In this document: positions 18,263-29,122 of the stretch, piece after piece
Position numbering within the stretch: position 1 is the first letter of the stretch
Layout: each line of letters begins with the position of its first letter
Position numbers and translations under genes: made by a program
Notes under the pieces: generated by a model
The model's database searches: none
Told to the model about the DNA's origin: nothing
What the model saw: only the letters and a program-made list of their open reading frames with translations
NCBI GenBank assembly: GCA_038279365.1
Contig: JAYODI010000040.1
Location: 1-47,818, forward strand
DNA: 47,818 nt
From: Candidatus Latescibacterota bacterium
Lineage (GTDB): Bacteria; Latescibacterota; UBA2968
Reading direction: 5' to 3'

Positions 18263-20397
18263 GTGATATTGATCTTACACTTGCCAATGGTTGGGTATTG
18301 AGCTTGTTGGTTCCAATATGTATTTATTTGGCCTTTCAGGTTTATCGCACACGCCATTTGGCTTGGCTGTTGGGGGTGCGCATCGCGGCATTGTTGTTGG
18401 TGATTGTGTTGTTGTTGGCGCCCATTTTGGCGGTTCGTTTTCAAACCACGCGTAAGCCTTTGGTGGCTGTGCTTGTTGATCGCAGCGAGAGTATGAAAAT
18501 AGCCGATGGCAATGTGGTACGTCGCGATGTGGTTAAAGCGTTGTTGGCGCTTGATGCTTTTGATGCGCTAATAAAGACTGCACGCCTCCAAAATTATCAA
18601 TTTGCAGAATCTCTAAAGGCTGTTGATGATATAGATGCTTTGGTTTGGGATGGGCAAGCCACCAATTTGGCTGGGGCTTTTGATGCCCTACATGAAGAAA
18701 CGGTTGGTCAAGGGTTGGGCGCGGTGGTGGTGCTTACGGATGGGGGGCAAAACCAAGGGCGCAGACCCGAGCGTGCTGCCGTTGATTTGGGGGTACCTGT
18801 TTTTGCGGTGGGCATTGGCGATCCGGTACCACCCAAAGATGTGGCTGTGGTATCGGGTGTGATGGATCGGTTGGGGTATGTGGGCCGCAAGCTGTCTTTG
18901 GCTGTTCGTTTTCAGGCATCGGGATATGACGGAATTCAAGAACGTGTGGTGGTGCGCGATGGCAATCGGGAAGTGGCCTCGCAAGTTGTGCAGCTGCGCG
19001 ATGGGGAGCAAGCGTTTACTTTTGACATCCAACCCGCACGTGCCGGGCGACACGCCTATCAGGTCCACATTGCACCTCAGGCAGGGGAACGCACCGTGGA
19101 AAACAATACGGTGGTTGTGGCTACCGAGGTTTTGGAAAGCCGTGTGCGCTTGTTGATACTTGCTGGCAGCCCCAGTGCCGATTTGGCCTATTTGCGCCGT
19201 TTGTGGTCTGCCGATGAAAACTTAGAATTAGATGTGGTGCTCAATCACGGCCAAAATGGATGGGACAATCAGGTTCAATCGGCATTGCGACAAGTCTCTA
19301 AGTATGATGTGGTGGTGCTGATAGATGTGGCTCACACCACGCTTGCAGGAGACGGTGAAGAGCGCTTGGTCTCTTTTGTAAAAGCGGGTGGCGGGTTGCT
19401 GACTATTGGTGGGGCATCCGCATTTGGAAGCACTTATGCAATTTCTCCTTTGGCCCATATTTTGCCGTGGCAAATGTTACGGAATGAGTTGACCTATCAA
19501 GAAGCGTTGTGCCCCATTTTTTTACCTCAAGCGGTTCGCAGGCACCCCATTTTGAGGGTGTCAGATGACCCATTGGCCGATGAAACGGCTTGGCGTGCTC
19601 TGCCCCCTTTGTTGGCTTATAACCGAGTTTTAGAAGCGGTACCTTCTGCAACGGTTTTGGCTGTTCATGAAACAGAGCGTGTCAATGGCAACCCCATGCC
19701 CGTTATGGCGGTGATGCCTGTGGAACGCGGCAAGTCTATGGCCATTGGTTTTCGCACCTTTTGGCGACATGGTTTGCTGATGTGGGGGATTGGCAAAAAT
19801 GATGTGGTGTCACAAACGTTTTGGAAAAATGTGGTGCGTTGGTTGGTCACACCCGAAGATGTTGCTCGTATCAAAGCAGTGGCTGACAAACCCACTTATC
19901 GCAGTGGGGAACCCGTAGCTGTTTATGCCCAAGTTTTTGATGGGTTATTGGAGCCACTTGTGGGGGCTCGTGTTGTTGCGGTGGCATCTGATAGTTTGGG
20001 CATGCGCGAGGTAGTTTTGCGCGATGAGGGCAATGGGCGATATGTTGGCACTTTGGGTGGGTTTGCACAAGGAGATTATACATTTGAAGTAAAGGCCACG
20101 TACGATGGAACTGATGTTGGGCAAACACGCAACGCATTTACGGTTGATCGGTATAGTTTGGAGTATGAAACGGTGCGCATGAATGCCGAGTTGCTTGTGG
20201 CAGTTGCAAACAACAGTGGGGGCAAGTTTCTAAAGCCTGAAGAATTGGGTGATGTTGTGCGCGGTTTGGATTTTGCCCCAGAACCCATAGAGGTGGCTTA
20301 TCAAGGGCGTTTGTGGGGGCAGCAGTGGCCATTGTTTTTGTTGGTGGGGTTGCTTGCTGTGGAATGGGCCGTACGCCGTCGCCGTGGAATGGTTTAA
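18259..20397 (+). CDS. Membrane-anchored VWA + Ig-like + class I glutamine amidotransferase-like domain protein
   Basis: Two N-terminal TMs, MIDAS-like DRSESM…TNL…LTDG, FVKAGGGLLTIGG, C-terminal EWAVRRRRGMV; ATGA overlap with tsaD. Confidence 0.78.
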   Translation: MSDIDLTLANGWVLSLLVPICIYLAFQVYRTRHLAWLLGVRIAALLLVIVLLLAPILAVRFQTTRKPLVAVLVDRSESMKIADGNVVRRDVVKALLALDAFDALIKTARLQNYQFAESLKAVDDIDALVWDGQATNLAGAFDALHEETVGQGLGAVVVLTDGGQNQGRRPERAAVDLGVPVFAVGIGDPVPPKDVAVVSGVMDRLGYVGRKLSLAVRFQASGYDGIQERVVVRDGNREVASQVVQLRDGEQAFTFDIQPARAGRHAYQVHIAPQAGERTVENNTVVVATEVLESRVRLLILAGSPSADLAYLRRLWSADENLELDVVLNHGQNGWDNQVQSALRQVSKYDVVVLIDVAHTTLAGDGEERLVSFVKAGGGLLTIGGASAFGSTYAISPLAHILPWQMLRNELTYQEALCPIFLPQAVRRHPILRVSDDPLADETAWRALPPLLAYNRVLEAVPSATVLAVHETERVNGNPMPVMAVMPVERGKSMAIGFRTFWRHGLLMWGIGKNDVVSQTFWKNVVRWLVTPEDVARIKAVADKPTYRSGEPVAVYAQVFDGLLEPLVGARVVAVASDSLGMREVVLRDEGNGRYVGTLGGFAQGDYTFEVKATYDGTDVGQTRNAFTVDRYSLEYETVRMNAELLVAVANNSGGKFLKPEELGDVVRGLDFAPEPIEVAYQGRLWGQQWPLFLLVGLLAVEWAVRRRRGMV

Positions 20398-20461
20398 TAC
20401 GATTGATATGAAGGGCACATAAAGACGGCAAGATTTGATTACGATTCTTAAATCAAAGGCC

Positions 20462-22090
20462 ATGCAAATGATCGCATATCGCAAATGGTTCAAGTTTTCC
20501 AAATGGTGTTGGGTGGGCGTTGCCTGTTTTTTATTTGGAAGTACAAATCTGCATGCGCAAGTGGTGATCAATGAGGTGATGTTTGATCCTGCAGGTACCG
20601 AATTTTTTGATGAGTATATCGAACTCTACCACACGGGAGATGTGGCCATTGATTTGACGGGGTGGCGGGTTGGAGATGGCGATGCCACAGATGCCATTGT
20701 CTCAGTGACACAAGGCCTTCTGCTCAAACCTGGGCAATTTGCATTGATATTGGACGCCGACTATTTTGCGTTGTCTAAACGATATGATCCATTACCTCAA
20801 GATGCGTTGATTGTGACCATTGATGATCCCACATTTGGCAATGGTGGGCTAAATAATGGTGTGGGTGAACGCGTGGTTTTAATTTCTGCTATGGGCGATA
20901 CTGTGGCCAGCATGAGGTATCAAGCTCCCAATACACCCGATTTTTCAGAAGAAAAGATTTACCCTTTGGGGGGCGACGAGGTAAACAATTGGGCCAATAG
21001 CAAATGGGCAGGGGGCACACCTGGGCGTGTGAACAGTGTGAGCGTGAAGCCCGTAGATTTGGCATTGCATACAAAGTCCGATTCGGTATTTGTACCGTGG
21101 ATGCAAAAAGGGGCTGTGGAATTGTGGGCTGTCAATGTGGGGCAAGAAGCCATCCATGCGTTTCAAGTACGCCTGAAAGGGTTGGCAGAGACGAAGGTTC
21201 AAGATGGTGGGGCGCTGGGGGTTGGCGAGTCAAAAATTTTGGCTGTAGATATTGGTGTTTTGCCAAGTGGTGTGAGGGAGGTTGTGGCCGAGGGTGTTTT
21301 GGTAGGTGATGAAGATGTGCATAATCAGGTGGTGAAGTGGACGGTTTTGAGTGGGTATGCGCCTCAATCGGTGGTGATCAATGAGGTAATGGTTGCACCG
21401 CGTGAGGGGGGAGAATGGGTGGAACTCTTGGGGATGGGCAATGCCACTATCGATTTGAGTGGGTGGCAACTGTCCGATGGACGCACCGATGGGGGTGTTG
21501 CTGTGGGTGAAATACGGGGGCAAGATCGCGTGATTTTGGCCGAAATACCAGAGATGGGCATAACGCTTTCACGTTGGCCCCGGTTGAACAATGGTGGTGA
21601 TGTGTTGCGGTTGCGCGATGCAACGGGGGCTGTCATTGATAGCATTGCTTATCCGATGGCGACAACGGATGTGAGTTTGGAACGCATTGATGCCCATGTT
21701 TCGGGTATGGATCATTTGAATTGGATGAACAGCATCAAAGGTGCCACACCTGGGCAACCCAATAGTGTGGCTGTGGTCAAAGTGGATTCGGTGCGCCTTG
21801 TGGCTGATCCCAACCCGTTTGATGTAGAAACGCGTATTACCTATCATCTGCCAATATCACGGGCTTTTGTCGATTTGTTCATTTTTGACCGATTGGGGCG
21901 CAAAGTGCGGTCATTGCTTGTTGCAAATGAGGGTGGTTCCAGGCGGGAAGTGGTGTGGGATGGGCGCAGTGACCAACAACAATTTCTCAAACCAGGGGTT
22001 TTTGTCCTATATTTAGAGGCGCGTTCAGTTTCGGGGCAAGTTTACCAAGCCAAAACACCGGTTGTTTTAAGCCGTGGAATAAGTAATTGA
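20462..22090 (+). CDS. Exported protein with two lamin-tail domains and a C-terminal FlgD Ig-like domain
   Basis: Two copies of VVINEVM…E(Y/W)(I/V)EL…IDL(T/S)GW…LNNG…TPGxxNSV; C-terminal PNPF…IFDRLGRKVRSL…WDGRSD…PGVF. Start uncertain. Confidence 0.85.
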   Translation: MQMIAYRKWFKFSKWCWVGVACFLFGSTNLHAQVVINEVMFDPAGTEFFDEYIELYHTGDVAIDLTGWRVGDGDATDAIVSVTQGLLLKPGQFALILDADYFALSKRYDPLPQDALIVTIDDPTFGNGGLNNGVGERVVLISAMGDTVASMRYQAPNTPDFSEEKIYPLGGDEVNNWANSKWAGGTPGRVNSVSVKPVDLALHTKSDSVFVPWMQKGAVELWAVNVGQEAIHAFQVRLKGLAETKVQDGGALGVGESKILAVDIGVLPSGVREVVAEGVLVGDEDVHNQVVKWTVLSGYAPQSVVINEVMVAPREGGEWVELLGMGNATIDLSGWQLSDGRTDGGVAVGEIRGQDRVILAEIPEMGITLSRWPRLNNGGDVLRLRDATGAVIDSIAYPMATTDVSLERIDAHVSGMDHLNWMNSIKGATPGQPNSVAVVKVDSVRLVADPNPFDVETRITYHLPISRAFVDLFIFDRLGRKVRSLLVANEGGSRREVVWDGRSDQQQFLKPGVFVLYLEARSVSGQVYQAKTPVVLSRGISN

Positions 22091-22241
22091 TAATAAAAAG
22101 CTAAAAGAAATCATTTGATTGTTTTTTACATTGATCTTACAATCATGTTTTACAGTTTGTATGCAAAACCAACACGTTCCCCCGTGTTGTTGCTGGTGTT
22201 GTTCCCCATTTCTTTCTCCCCTTCGATGATAAGGATGTGCT

Positions 22242-24746
22242 ATGAAGCGGTCATCGAAGGCCTCATCTGAAGGTTCTGTTAAAAAGTCCGAATTACCCAC
22301 ACAAATTTTGGGCGTCGTGCTGATGGCATTGGCTCTGCTGATGGCTGTGAGTCTGCTGTCATATTCACCTGAAGATCCTCCCAATTCAAGCCGTCCACCC
22401 GAGTTGGCCCAAAATATGGCTGGGTGGTTTGGTGCCCATTTGTCTTATTACCTGTTGTTTGGTGTGGGCTATGGTGCCTATTTGCTTACGGCATTGGTGT
22501 TGCTTTGGGGGTGGAATCGTTTTCGTTTGGATAACACACACCCCTTGATGGTGCGAAGCGCAACTCTCATGGGTCTAATGGTGCTGTATTGTGGAGCAAC
22601 GGGTGTGCCTTCTCGTGGGCGTACCTATTTGGCTTGGCAGTTGGGTGGTTGGTTGGGGGTGACCCTGTCATCATCATTTTTGGTGCCTTATTTGGGGCGT
22701 GTAGGGGCTTATATCTCTTTGGGGGCGGCACTGGTGGTGTTGCTGATGGTTGCCACAGAGATACCGTTTAGCCGTATTCCCGAATGGTTGGGACAGGTGG
22801 CGCACCAAGTGGGTGATTTTATCACCCGTGTTTGGCGCAGTGGTCTTGCAGGCGTGATGGCATGGTTTGAAAAGGTGCGTACATCGTGGGCAGAAAAAAA
22901 GGCGTTACGAGCCCAAAAACACGAAGAACGACTGACTGAAAAAAAGGCAGAAGCAAGGCGAAAACTGGCCTTGGTTGAAGAAGAAGATGATGACGCGGAC
23001 GAGGATTGGGAGGAAGAAGAGGAAGAGACCTTTGAGGAACCCATTCCCGTTGAAAAATTTGAGGCACAGATTGTTCCAGAAGTCGAAGATGAAGACTTTG
23101 AGGATGACAGTGTGCCCGATACGGCCGAGCCAGTTTTGTCGGAGGCAGATTATGAGCCTGAGTATTTAGATGATGTGCCCCAAACGCCATTACCCGATGT
23201 TGCCATTGTTGAAAAGGCTGCGGATTTGCCACCACCAGCACCTGTGCCACAGCAATCCAAACCAAAGAAGATGGTGCCTCAAAAACGGTCATCCAAATAT
23301 ACTTTGCCAGCCTTAGATTTTTTGACAGATGCACCAATTGGTGATGAAAAGATGGACCGTGAAGCCTTGTTGGATGGTGCACAGACCTTAGAAGAGAGTT
23401 TGAGCAGTTTTAATATTAAGGGCAAGGTTATTCAAGTCAATCCTGGTCCTGTTATTACCACGTATGAAGTCGAACCCCCGCCAGGGGTAAAGGTCAATCG
23501 GATTGTGGGGTTGGCAGACGATTTGGCCTTGGTCATGAAGGCGCGTAGTATTCGTATTCAGGCGCCCATACCTGGCAAAGCGGCAGTGGGCATAGAAGTG
23601 CCCAATCCGTCACCTTCAACGGTGTATATCAAAGATATTTTGAAATCAAAAGCGTTTAAGCAGTCCGACTCCAAGTTGATGGTGGCGCTGGGCAAAACCT
23701 CTTCGGGTGAACCCTATTGTGCCGACTTGGCCAAGATGCCTCACTTGCTTATTGCTGGTGCAACGGGAGCCGGTAAGTCGGTTTGTATCAATGCACTTAT
23801 TGCAAGTATTTTGGTGCGCAGCACACCTGAAGAAGTACGGTTTATTATGGTAGATCCCAAAATGGTGGAGTTGTCTATTTACAATGACATTCCCCATTTG
23901 CTTGCCCCTGTTGTCATTGATCCCAAAATGGCTTCTGGAGCATTGAAATGGGCCGTTTCCGAAATGGAAAATCGCTACCGTACCATGTCTCAGTACAATG
24001 CGCGAAACATTACAGATTTTAATGTCAAAATGGATCGTTTGCGCAAAGATGCAGGCCCCGAAGATGAGATCCCCGAGCGTTTGCCCTATATTGTGGTGGT
24101 CATTGATGAATTGGCCGATTTGATGATGACGGCCCCTGCCGATATTGAAGATTCATTGGCACGGCTGGCACAAATGGCGCGTGCTGTGGGCATTCACCTC
24201 ATTTTGGCCACACAACGGCCTTCGGTCAATGTCATTACGGGGACGATTAAAGCAAACTTTCCAACGCGCATTGCATTTCGAGTATCTTCTAAAGTGGATT
24301 CTCGCACCATTATTGATGGCAATGGCGCCGAAAAACTGTTGGGTTATGGCGATATGTTGTTTTTGCCGCCTGGGCGGCCTGAGCCTTTGCGCATTCATGG
24401 TGCGCTGATTTCACCCGATGAAACCGATGCCATTGTCGAATGGATTAGCCAACAAAATGTAGAGTTGGAAAATGTAGAGTTTGGCGATGTGCAAAACGAT
24501 GTGGCCATCGGCAGTGGGGATCGGGACGAACGTTTTGAAGAAGCTTTGCGTTTGGTTGTCACCAATCAACAGGGGTCGGCCTCTTTGTTGCAACGGCGCA
24601 TGAAAGTGGGCTATTCTCGTGCGGCGCGTTTGGTCGATGAATTGGAAGCCGCTGGCATTGTGGGGCCTTCTGATGGTTCGAGTAAGGGGCGTGCGGTACT
24701 GGTCAGCGAAGATTATTTGGAGCAATTAGAGGAACAAGGCGTTTAA
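22242..24746 (+). CDS. ftsK: DNA translocase FtsK
   Basis: N-terminal 4TM domain, acidic linker, PHLLIAGATGAGKS, DPKMVEL, IDELADLM, LATQRPS and gamma domain SLLQRRMKVGYSRAARL. Confidence 0.97.
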   Translation: MKRSSKASSEGSVKKSELPTQILGVVLMALALLMAVSLLSYSPEDPPNSSRPPELAQNMAGWFGAHLSYYLLFGVGYGAYLLTALVLLWGWNRFRLDNTHPLMVRSATLMGLMVLYCGATGVPSRGRTYLAWQLGGWLGVTLSSSFLVPYLGRVGAYISLGAALVVLLMVATEIPFSRIPEWLGQVAHQVGDFITRVWRSGLAGVMAWFEKVRTSWAEKKALRAQKHEERLTEKKAEARRKLALVEEEDDDADEDWEEEEEETFEEPIPVEKFEAQIVPEVEDEDFEDDSVPDTAEPVLSEADYEPEYLDDVPQTPLPDVAIVEKAADLPPPAPVPQQSKPKKMVPQKRSSKYTLPALDFLTDAPIGDEKMDREALLDGAQTLEESLSSFNIKGKVIQVNPGPVITTYEVEPPPGVKVNRIVGLADDLALVMKARSIRIQAPIPGKAAVGIEVPNPSPSTVYIKDILKSKAFKQSDSKLMVALGKTSSGEPYCADLAKMPHLLIAGATGAGKSVCINALIASILVRSTPEEVRFIMVDPKMVELSIYNDIPHLLAPVVIDPKMASGALKWAVSEMENRYRTMSQYNARNITDFNVKMDRLRKDAGPEDEIPERLPYIVVVIDELADLMMTAPADIEDSLARLAQMARAVGIHLILATQRPSVNVITGTIKANFPTRIAFRVSSKVDSRTIIDGNGAEKLLGYGDMLFLPPGRPEPLRIHGALISPDETDAIVEWISQQNVELENVEFGDVQNDVAIGSGDRDERFEEALRLVVTNQQGSASLLQRRMKVGYSRAARLVDELEAAGIVGPSDGSSKGRAVLVSEDYLEQLEEQGV

Positions 24747-24840
24747 GGTATGTGAGTGTCGTCGAAATGTGGCGTTTATTGAGACATCGGTTCAAATTCA
24801 AAGACCTTTGACGTGTGGCCTATAACCTTGTGATGGTGTG

Positions 24841-25503
24841 ATGATTTCGAGGATTCCAAAATATTGTTTGGTATTGATTTGTATTTTTTTGACAAGCCCA
24901 GTCTTGGCCAAAGACCGCGGGGTGGATGTCATTGATCGCCTTCAGGACAAGTTTGACGATTTAAAAACACTGTCTGCACGGTTTGTTCGAAAGAGCTATT
25001 GGCGCATTATGGACCAAAAGAGTGCCATTGATGGCCGTTTGTATGTCGAACGACCCAATCGCTTTCGTTTTGAGACCAAAGGACCAACGGTGGTGACCGA
25101 TGGTGAGCAAGTATGGAATTATACCCCTGCCAATGAGCAGGTTTTAATTAGTGATTACAACACGGTAGAAAAAAATAAAAGCCCTGAGAAATTGTTGTTC
25201 GATCTGATATTATTAGGGGGGTATGCCGAAAGTTATGCCCCTGTTTATATGGGTGAAGAAAAGGTCGATAACAAGGCCTGTCATATTGTAGAATTGACAG
25301 CGAGGTTGGAAGATACGTATATTCACCGCATTCGTTTGTGGATCGACAAGCGCATGTGGGTGGTGCGTCAGGTTGAATATTATGATTTGCATGACAATGT
25401 GACCACGTTTGAGCTGTCCGATTTAGAGATCGACAAAAAGATGGATGCCGATATCTTTACATTTCATATTCCCAAAAATGTTGAGACAATCGATTTGCGG
25501 TAG
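24841..25503 (+). CDS. lolA: Outer-membrane lipoprotein carrier LolA-family protein
   Basis: Signal peptide; LSARF, GRLYVERPNRFRFE, VVTDGEQVWNY and FTFHIPKNVETID; canonical position after ftsK. Confidence 0.85.
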   Translation: MISRIPKYCLVLICIFLTSPVLAKDRGVDVIDRLQDKFDDLKTLSARFVRKSYWRIMDQKSAIDGRLYVERPNRFRFETKGPTVVTDGEQVWNYTPANEQVLISDYNTVEKNKSPEKLLFDLILLGGYAESYAPVYMGEEKVDNKACHIVELTARLEDTYIHRIRLWIDKRMWVVRQVEYYDLHDNVTTFELSDLEIDKKMDADIFTFHIPKNVETIDLR

Positions 25504-25610
25504 TTTGGAATCTGAATGTATGATTGGCTTGAGCGATGTGCGCTTTATAGGTGTGACTTTTTAAGGGAAGGCCACGGGTCTTCCTTTTTGTTGTTTGAAA
25601 GGGGTTTGAT

Positions 25611-26724
25611 ATGGACGATCTTCAAGGTAAAGAAGTGCAAGATGCTTTAGAAGATTTTCGGGTGCGTGTGGATACACTCGGGAGGTATCTTTGACTTAGA
25701 TGCCCGACGTGAGAAGATTGCACAACTCGAAAAAAAAATGGAAGCACCCGAATTTTGGAATGATCAAGAAACGGCACAAAAAACCATTGATGCAGCAAAT
25801 ACTGAAAAAAGATGGGTTGAGGGGTGGGAGGCGCTTCAGGGGCGATTGAGTGATTTGGAAGTGTTGTACGAATTGGCCCTAGAAGAAGATGATGCCGATG
25901 CATTGATTGAGGTGGGGCGAGAAGTGGGGGGGTATGAAAACGAATTGGGCGATTTTGAGTTGCGTCGATTGTTGGGCAACCGCGAAGACCGCCACGATGC
26001 CATTTTCACCATTCACCCTGGTGCTGGTGGCACCGAGGCCGCCGATTGGGCACAAATGTTGATGCGTATGTATACGCGTTGGGCCGAGCGACGCGGTTTT
26101 GAAATTAATACATTAGAGGTTTTACCCGCAGAAACCGCAGGTATTAAGAGTGCAACCATTGAAATCAAAGGGGATTATGCCTTTGGTTATTTAAAATCGG
26201 AATCGGGGGTGCATCGATTGGTTCGCATTTCGCCTTTTGATTCCAATAGCCGTCGCCATACGTCTTTTGCGTCTGTTTTTGTCTATCCCGATGCCGAGGG
26301 TGATATTGAAGTGGATATTGATCCGGGCGATTTAAAAGTGGATACCTATCGCGCTGGCGGTGCCGGTGGGCAACATGTGAATAAAACGGATTCGGCTGTG
26401 CGTATTACGCACCTGCCAACGGGTATTGTGGTACAATGTCAAAATGAGCGTTCACAGCTTAAAAACCGCAATACAGCAATGAAAATATTGAAAGCGCGTC
26501 TGTATCAATATTTTAAAGACATTGAAGATCAGAAAAAAGCCGAACGAGAAAGCGAAAAGAAAAGCATTGAGTGGGGCAGCCAAATACGCAATTATGTTTT
26601 TCAGCCCTATCAAATGGTCAAAGATGCTCGAACGGGTTTCGAATCTTCGGATGTGCAAGGGGTTATGGATGGCGATATTGATGCCTTTATCCATACCTAT
26701 TTAAGCCAAGCAGGACAGCGGTAG
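25611..26724 (+). CDS. prfB: Peptide chain release factor 2 (programmed +1 frameshift)
   Basis: ATG at 25611 reads MDDLQ…LGRYL into CTT-TGA-C; the +1 frame continues with SPF and GGQ motifs. Confidence 0.97.
25680..25695 (+). promoter_or_regulatory. prfB autoregulatory +1 frameshift site
   Basis: GGGAGGTATCTTTGAC: internal SD, 3-nt spacer, CTT (25689-25691), TGA (25692-25694), C. Confidence 0.95.
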
Positions 26725-26742
26725 TTGGCACATGCACGGTGC

Positions 26743-26771
26743 TTGACTTGATCTGACATATTGGTTATAGT
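26743..26771 (+). promoter_or_regulatory. Sigma70 promoter upstream of lysS
   Basis: TTGACT-tgatctgacatattggt(17)-TATAGT. Confidence 0.65.
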
Positions 26772-26915
26772 TTAAAAGCGTTTTAACATTGAAAAAATCA
26801 GCAATTTAGACTGCGGTGGCCCATTGAGATGGGTTGGGTAAAGCCCCCCAAATGGTATAAGGTTGGGGGCTTTGTTTCATCGCATCTTTATTTATGGGTT
26901 GGGGAGGTATTGGTC

Positions 26916-28442
26916 TTGAATCAGGACGAGGGGCACGCGCCAGAATCACAGCTCATTGAGCAACGCTTGCAAAAGTTAGATGCCATTCGGGCATTAGGGC
27001 ACACACCCTATCCCTATTCGTTTGATGTGACGCATCATTCGGTAGATGTCATTGCACAATATGACGCATTGGAAGCTTCTCAAGACGAAGTAGCTGTTGC
27101 GGGGCGTTTGATGGTGATGCGCGGACATGGCAAAGCGGCTTTTGCCGATTTGCGCGATGGCAAAGGACGCATCCAAATTTATGTAAAGCTCGACGTGGTG
27201 GGCGCTGAGGCCTTTGAGATTTGGAAATTATTGGACATTGGTGATTTTATTGGTGTGAAAGGCCCTTTGTTTAAGACCCGCACGGGGCAAATTTCCATTC
27301 AGGTCAAAACACTTGAATTGCTGTCTAAGGCTGTACGCCCATTGCCTGTTCCAAAAGAAGAAATGAAAGATGGGCAACGCATTGTGCACGATGCATTTAC
27401 CGATAAAGAATTGCGCTATCGGCGGCGTTATTTGGATTTGGCCCTCAACCCCGATGTGCAGGCTGTGTTTCGCAAGCGCAGTGCCATAGTTTCTGCTGTG
27501 CGTTCATTTTTAGATACACGCGGTTTTTTAGAGGTGGAAACGCCCGTTTTGCAAACGCTTTATGGGGGGGCTTCGGCAAGGCCCTTTGTGACGCACCACA
27601 ATGCCTTAGATATGCCCCTCTTTTTGCGTATTTCGGATGAACTGTATCTCAAGCGCCTCATTGTTGGGGGCTTGGAGCGCGTTTATGAAATTGGCAAAGA
27701 TTTTCGCAATGAGGGGGTAGATCGCACGCACAACCCCGAGTTTTCGATGTTGGAGGTCTATCAGGCCTATGCCGATTATAACGATATGATGGATATGGCC
27801 GAAACGATGTATGCCGAAGTGGCAACAAAGGTAACGGGTTCTCCAGTGGTGTCTTATCAAGGAAAAGAAATTGATTTTTCACCTCCTTGGCCACGCGTTC
27901 CCATGCTTGAGGCCATTGCCCAATATGGGGGGATTGATGTGGTCAATGCCTCTGATGCCGATTTGGCTCAGGCTTGTAAAAAGCGTGGGTCAGAATTGGA
28001 ACCTGGGGTAGAGCGAGGTATATTGATTAATGAGCTCTTTGAGTTGTGTGTGGAACCCAAACTGATCCAACCCACATTTATCACCGACTATCCTTTGGCT
28101 GTTTCGCCTTTGGCCAAAAAACACCGCAACAACCCCGAGTTGACTGAGCGGTTTGAAATTTTTATCAATGGCTGGGAAGCAGGCAATGCCTTTTCTGAAT
28201 TGAACGATCCTATTGATCAGCGCCAACGCTTTGAGCATCAAATGTCGTTGCGCGACAAGGGTGATGATGAAGCCCAAGTTTTAGACGAAGATTATTTGCG
28301 TGCTATGGAATATGGCATGCCGCCTACGGGTGGTTTGGGTGTGGGCATTGGCCGTATGGTGATGTTGATGACTGATTCGCCCTCCATTCGAGATGTCATT
28401 TTGTTTCCACATATGCGCCCAGAAGAAGGCCATGAGGGGTAA
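26916..28442 (+). CDS. lysS: Lysine--tRNA ligase (class II)
   Basis: OB-fold N-terminus, GGASARPFVTHHN, FRNEGVDRTHNPEF, NAFSELNDP and YGMPPTGGLG; GGAGGT RBS supports a TTG start at 26916. Confidence 0.97.
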   Translation: MNQDEGHAPESQLIEQRLQKLDAIRALGHTPYPYSFDVTHHSVDVIAQYDALEASQDEVAVAGRLMVMRGHGKAAFADLRDGKGRIQIYVKLDVVGAEAFEIWKLLDIGDFIGVKGPLFKTRTGQISIQVKTLELLSKAVRPLPVPKEEMKDGQRIVHDAFTDKELRYRRRYLDLALNPDVQAVFRKRSAIVSAVRSFLDTRGFLEVETPVLQTLYGGASARPFVTHHNALDMPLFLRISDELYLKRLIVGGLERVYEIGKDFRNEGVDRTHNPEFSMLEVYQAYADYNDMMDMAETMYAEVATKVTGSPVVSYQGKEIDFSPPWPRVPMLEAIAQYGGIDVVNASDADLAQACKKRGSELEPGVERGILINELFELCVEPKLIQPTFITDYPLAVSPLAKKHRNNPELTERFEIFINGWEAGNAFSELNDPIDQRQRFEHQMSLRDKGDDEAQVLDEDYLRAMEYGMPPTGGLGVGIGRMVMLMTDSPSIRDVILFPHMRPEEGHEG

Positions 28443-28445
28443 GCA

Positions 28446-29111
28446 TTGTTAAAGGCCACCCAGATTTACAAGGCCTATCCCACGGGTAATGGGCAGATTG
28501 ATGTGCTTCAAGGGATTGATTTTGAGGTTCAAAAAGGCGAAATTGTCGCTGTAATGGGGCCTTCTGGGGTTGGCAAAAGTACACTTTTGCATATTTTAGG
28601 TGGGTTAGACGTTCCTTCTTCAGGGCACGTTTGCATTGATGGGGTTGATATTCTGGCGCTGTCTGATGCAGATCGGGCGCATTTTCGCAACCAACACGTT
28701 GGTTTTGTTTTCCAATTTCACCATCTCTTGGGCGATTTTACCGCTCTTGAGAATGTGATGATGCCGTTGTTAATCGCTGGGGTATCACAGCGCGAAGCAC
28801 AAAAACCCGCAATGGCCTTGTTGGACTCGGTGGGGTTGTCAACACGCGTTGATCATTTACCCGCCGAGTTATCAGGTGGAGAAGCTCAGCGCGTGGCTGT
28901 GGCACGTGCGCTTGTTGCTCAACCGAAGGTGGTGTTGGCCGACGAACCTTCGGGTAATTTAGATGCAGCACGCAGCGCAGAGTTGCATGCCCTGATTTGG
29001 GATTTGGCGCGTTCACGCGGGCAAACATTTGTTATTGCGACCCACGATGTTGAATTGTCTACGCGTGCAGATCGTGTGGTGCGTATGGCCAATGGTGGCA
29101 TTGTTGCTTGA
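28446..29111 (+). CDS. lolD: Lipoprotein-releasing ABC transporter ATP-binding protein, LolD-like
   Basis: GPSGVGKSTLL, GFVFQFHHLL (LolD motif), LSGGEAQRVA, ADEPSGNLD and ATHD. Confidence 0.85.
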   Translation: MLKATQIYKAYPTGNGQIDVLQGIDFEVQKGEIVAVMGPSGVGKSTLLHILGGLDVPSSGHVCIDGVDILALSDADRAHFRNQHVGFVFQFHHLLGDFTALENVMMPLLIAGVSQREAQKPAMALLDSVGLSTRVDHLPAELSGGEAQRVAVARALVAQPKVVLADEPSGNLDAARSAELHALIWDLARSRGQTFVIATHDVELSTRADRVVRMANGGIVA

Positions 29112-29122
29112 GAATAGGTGCT

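Noticed and set aside
22975..23180. Very acidic, purine-rich low-complexity stretch
   Set aside because: It is the ordinary disordered FtsK linker.
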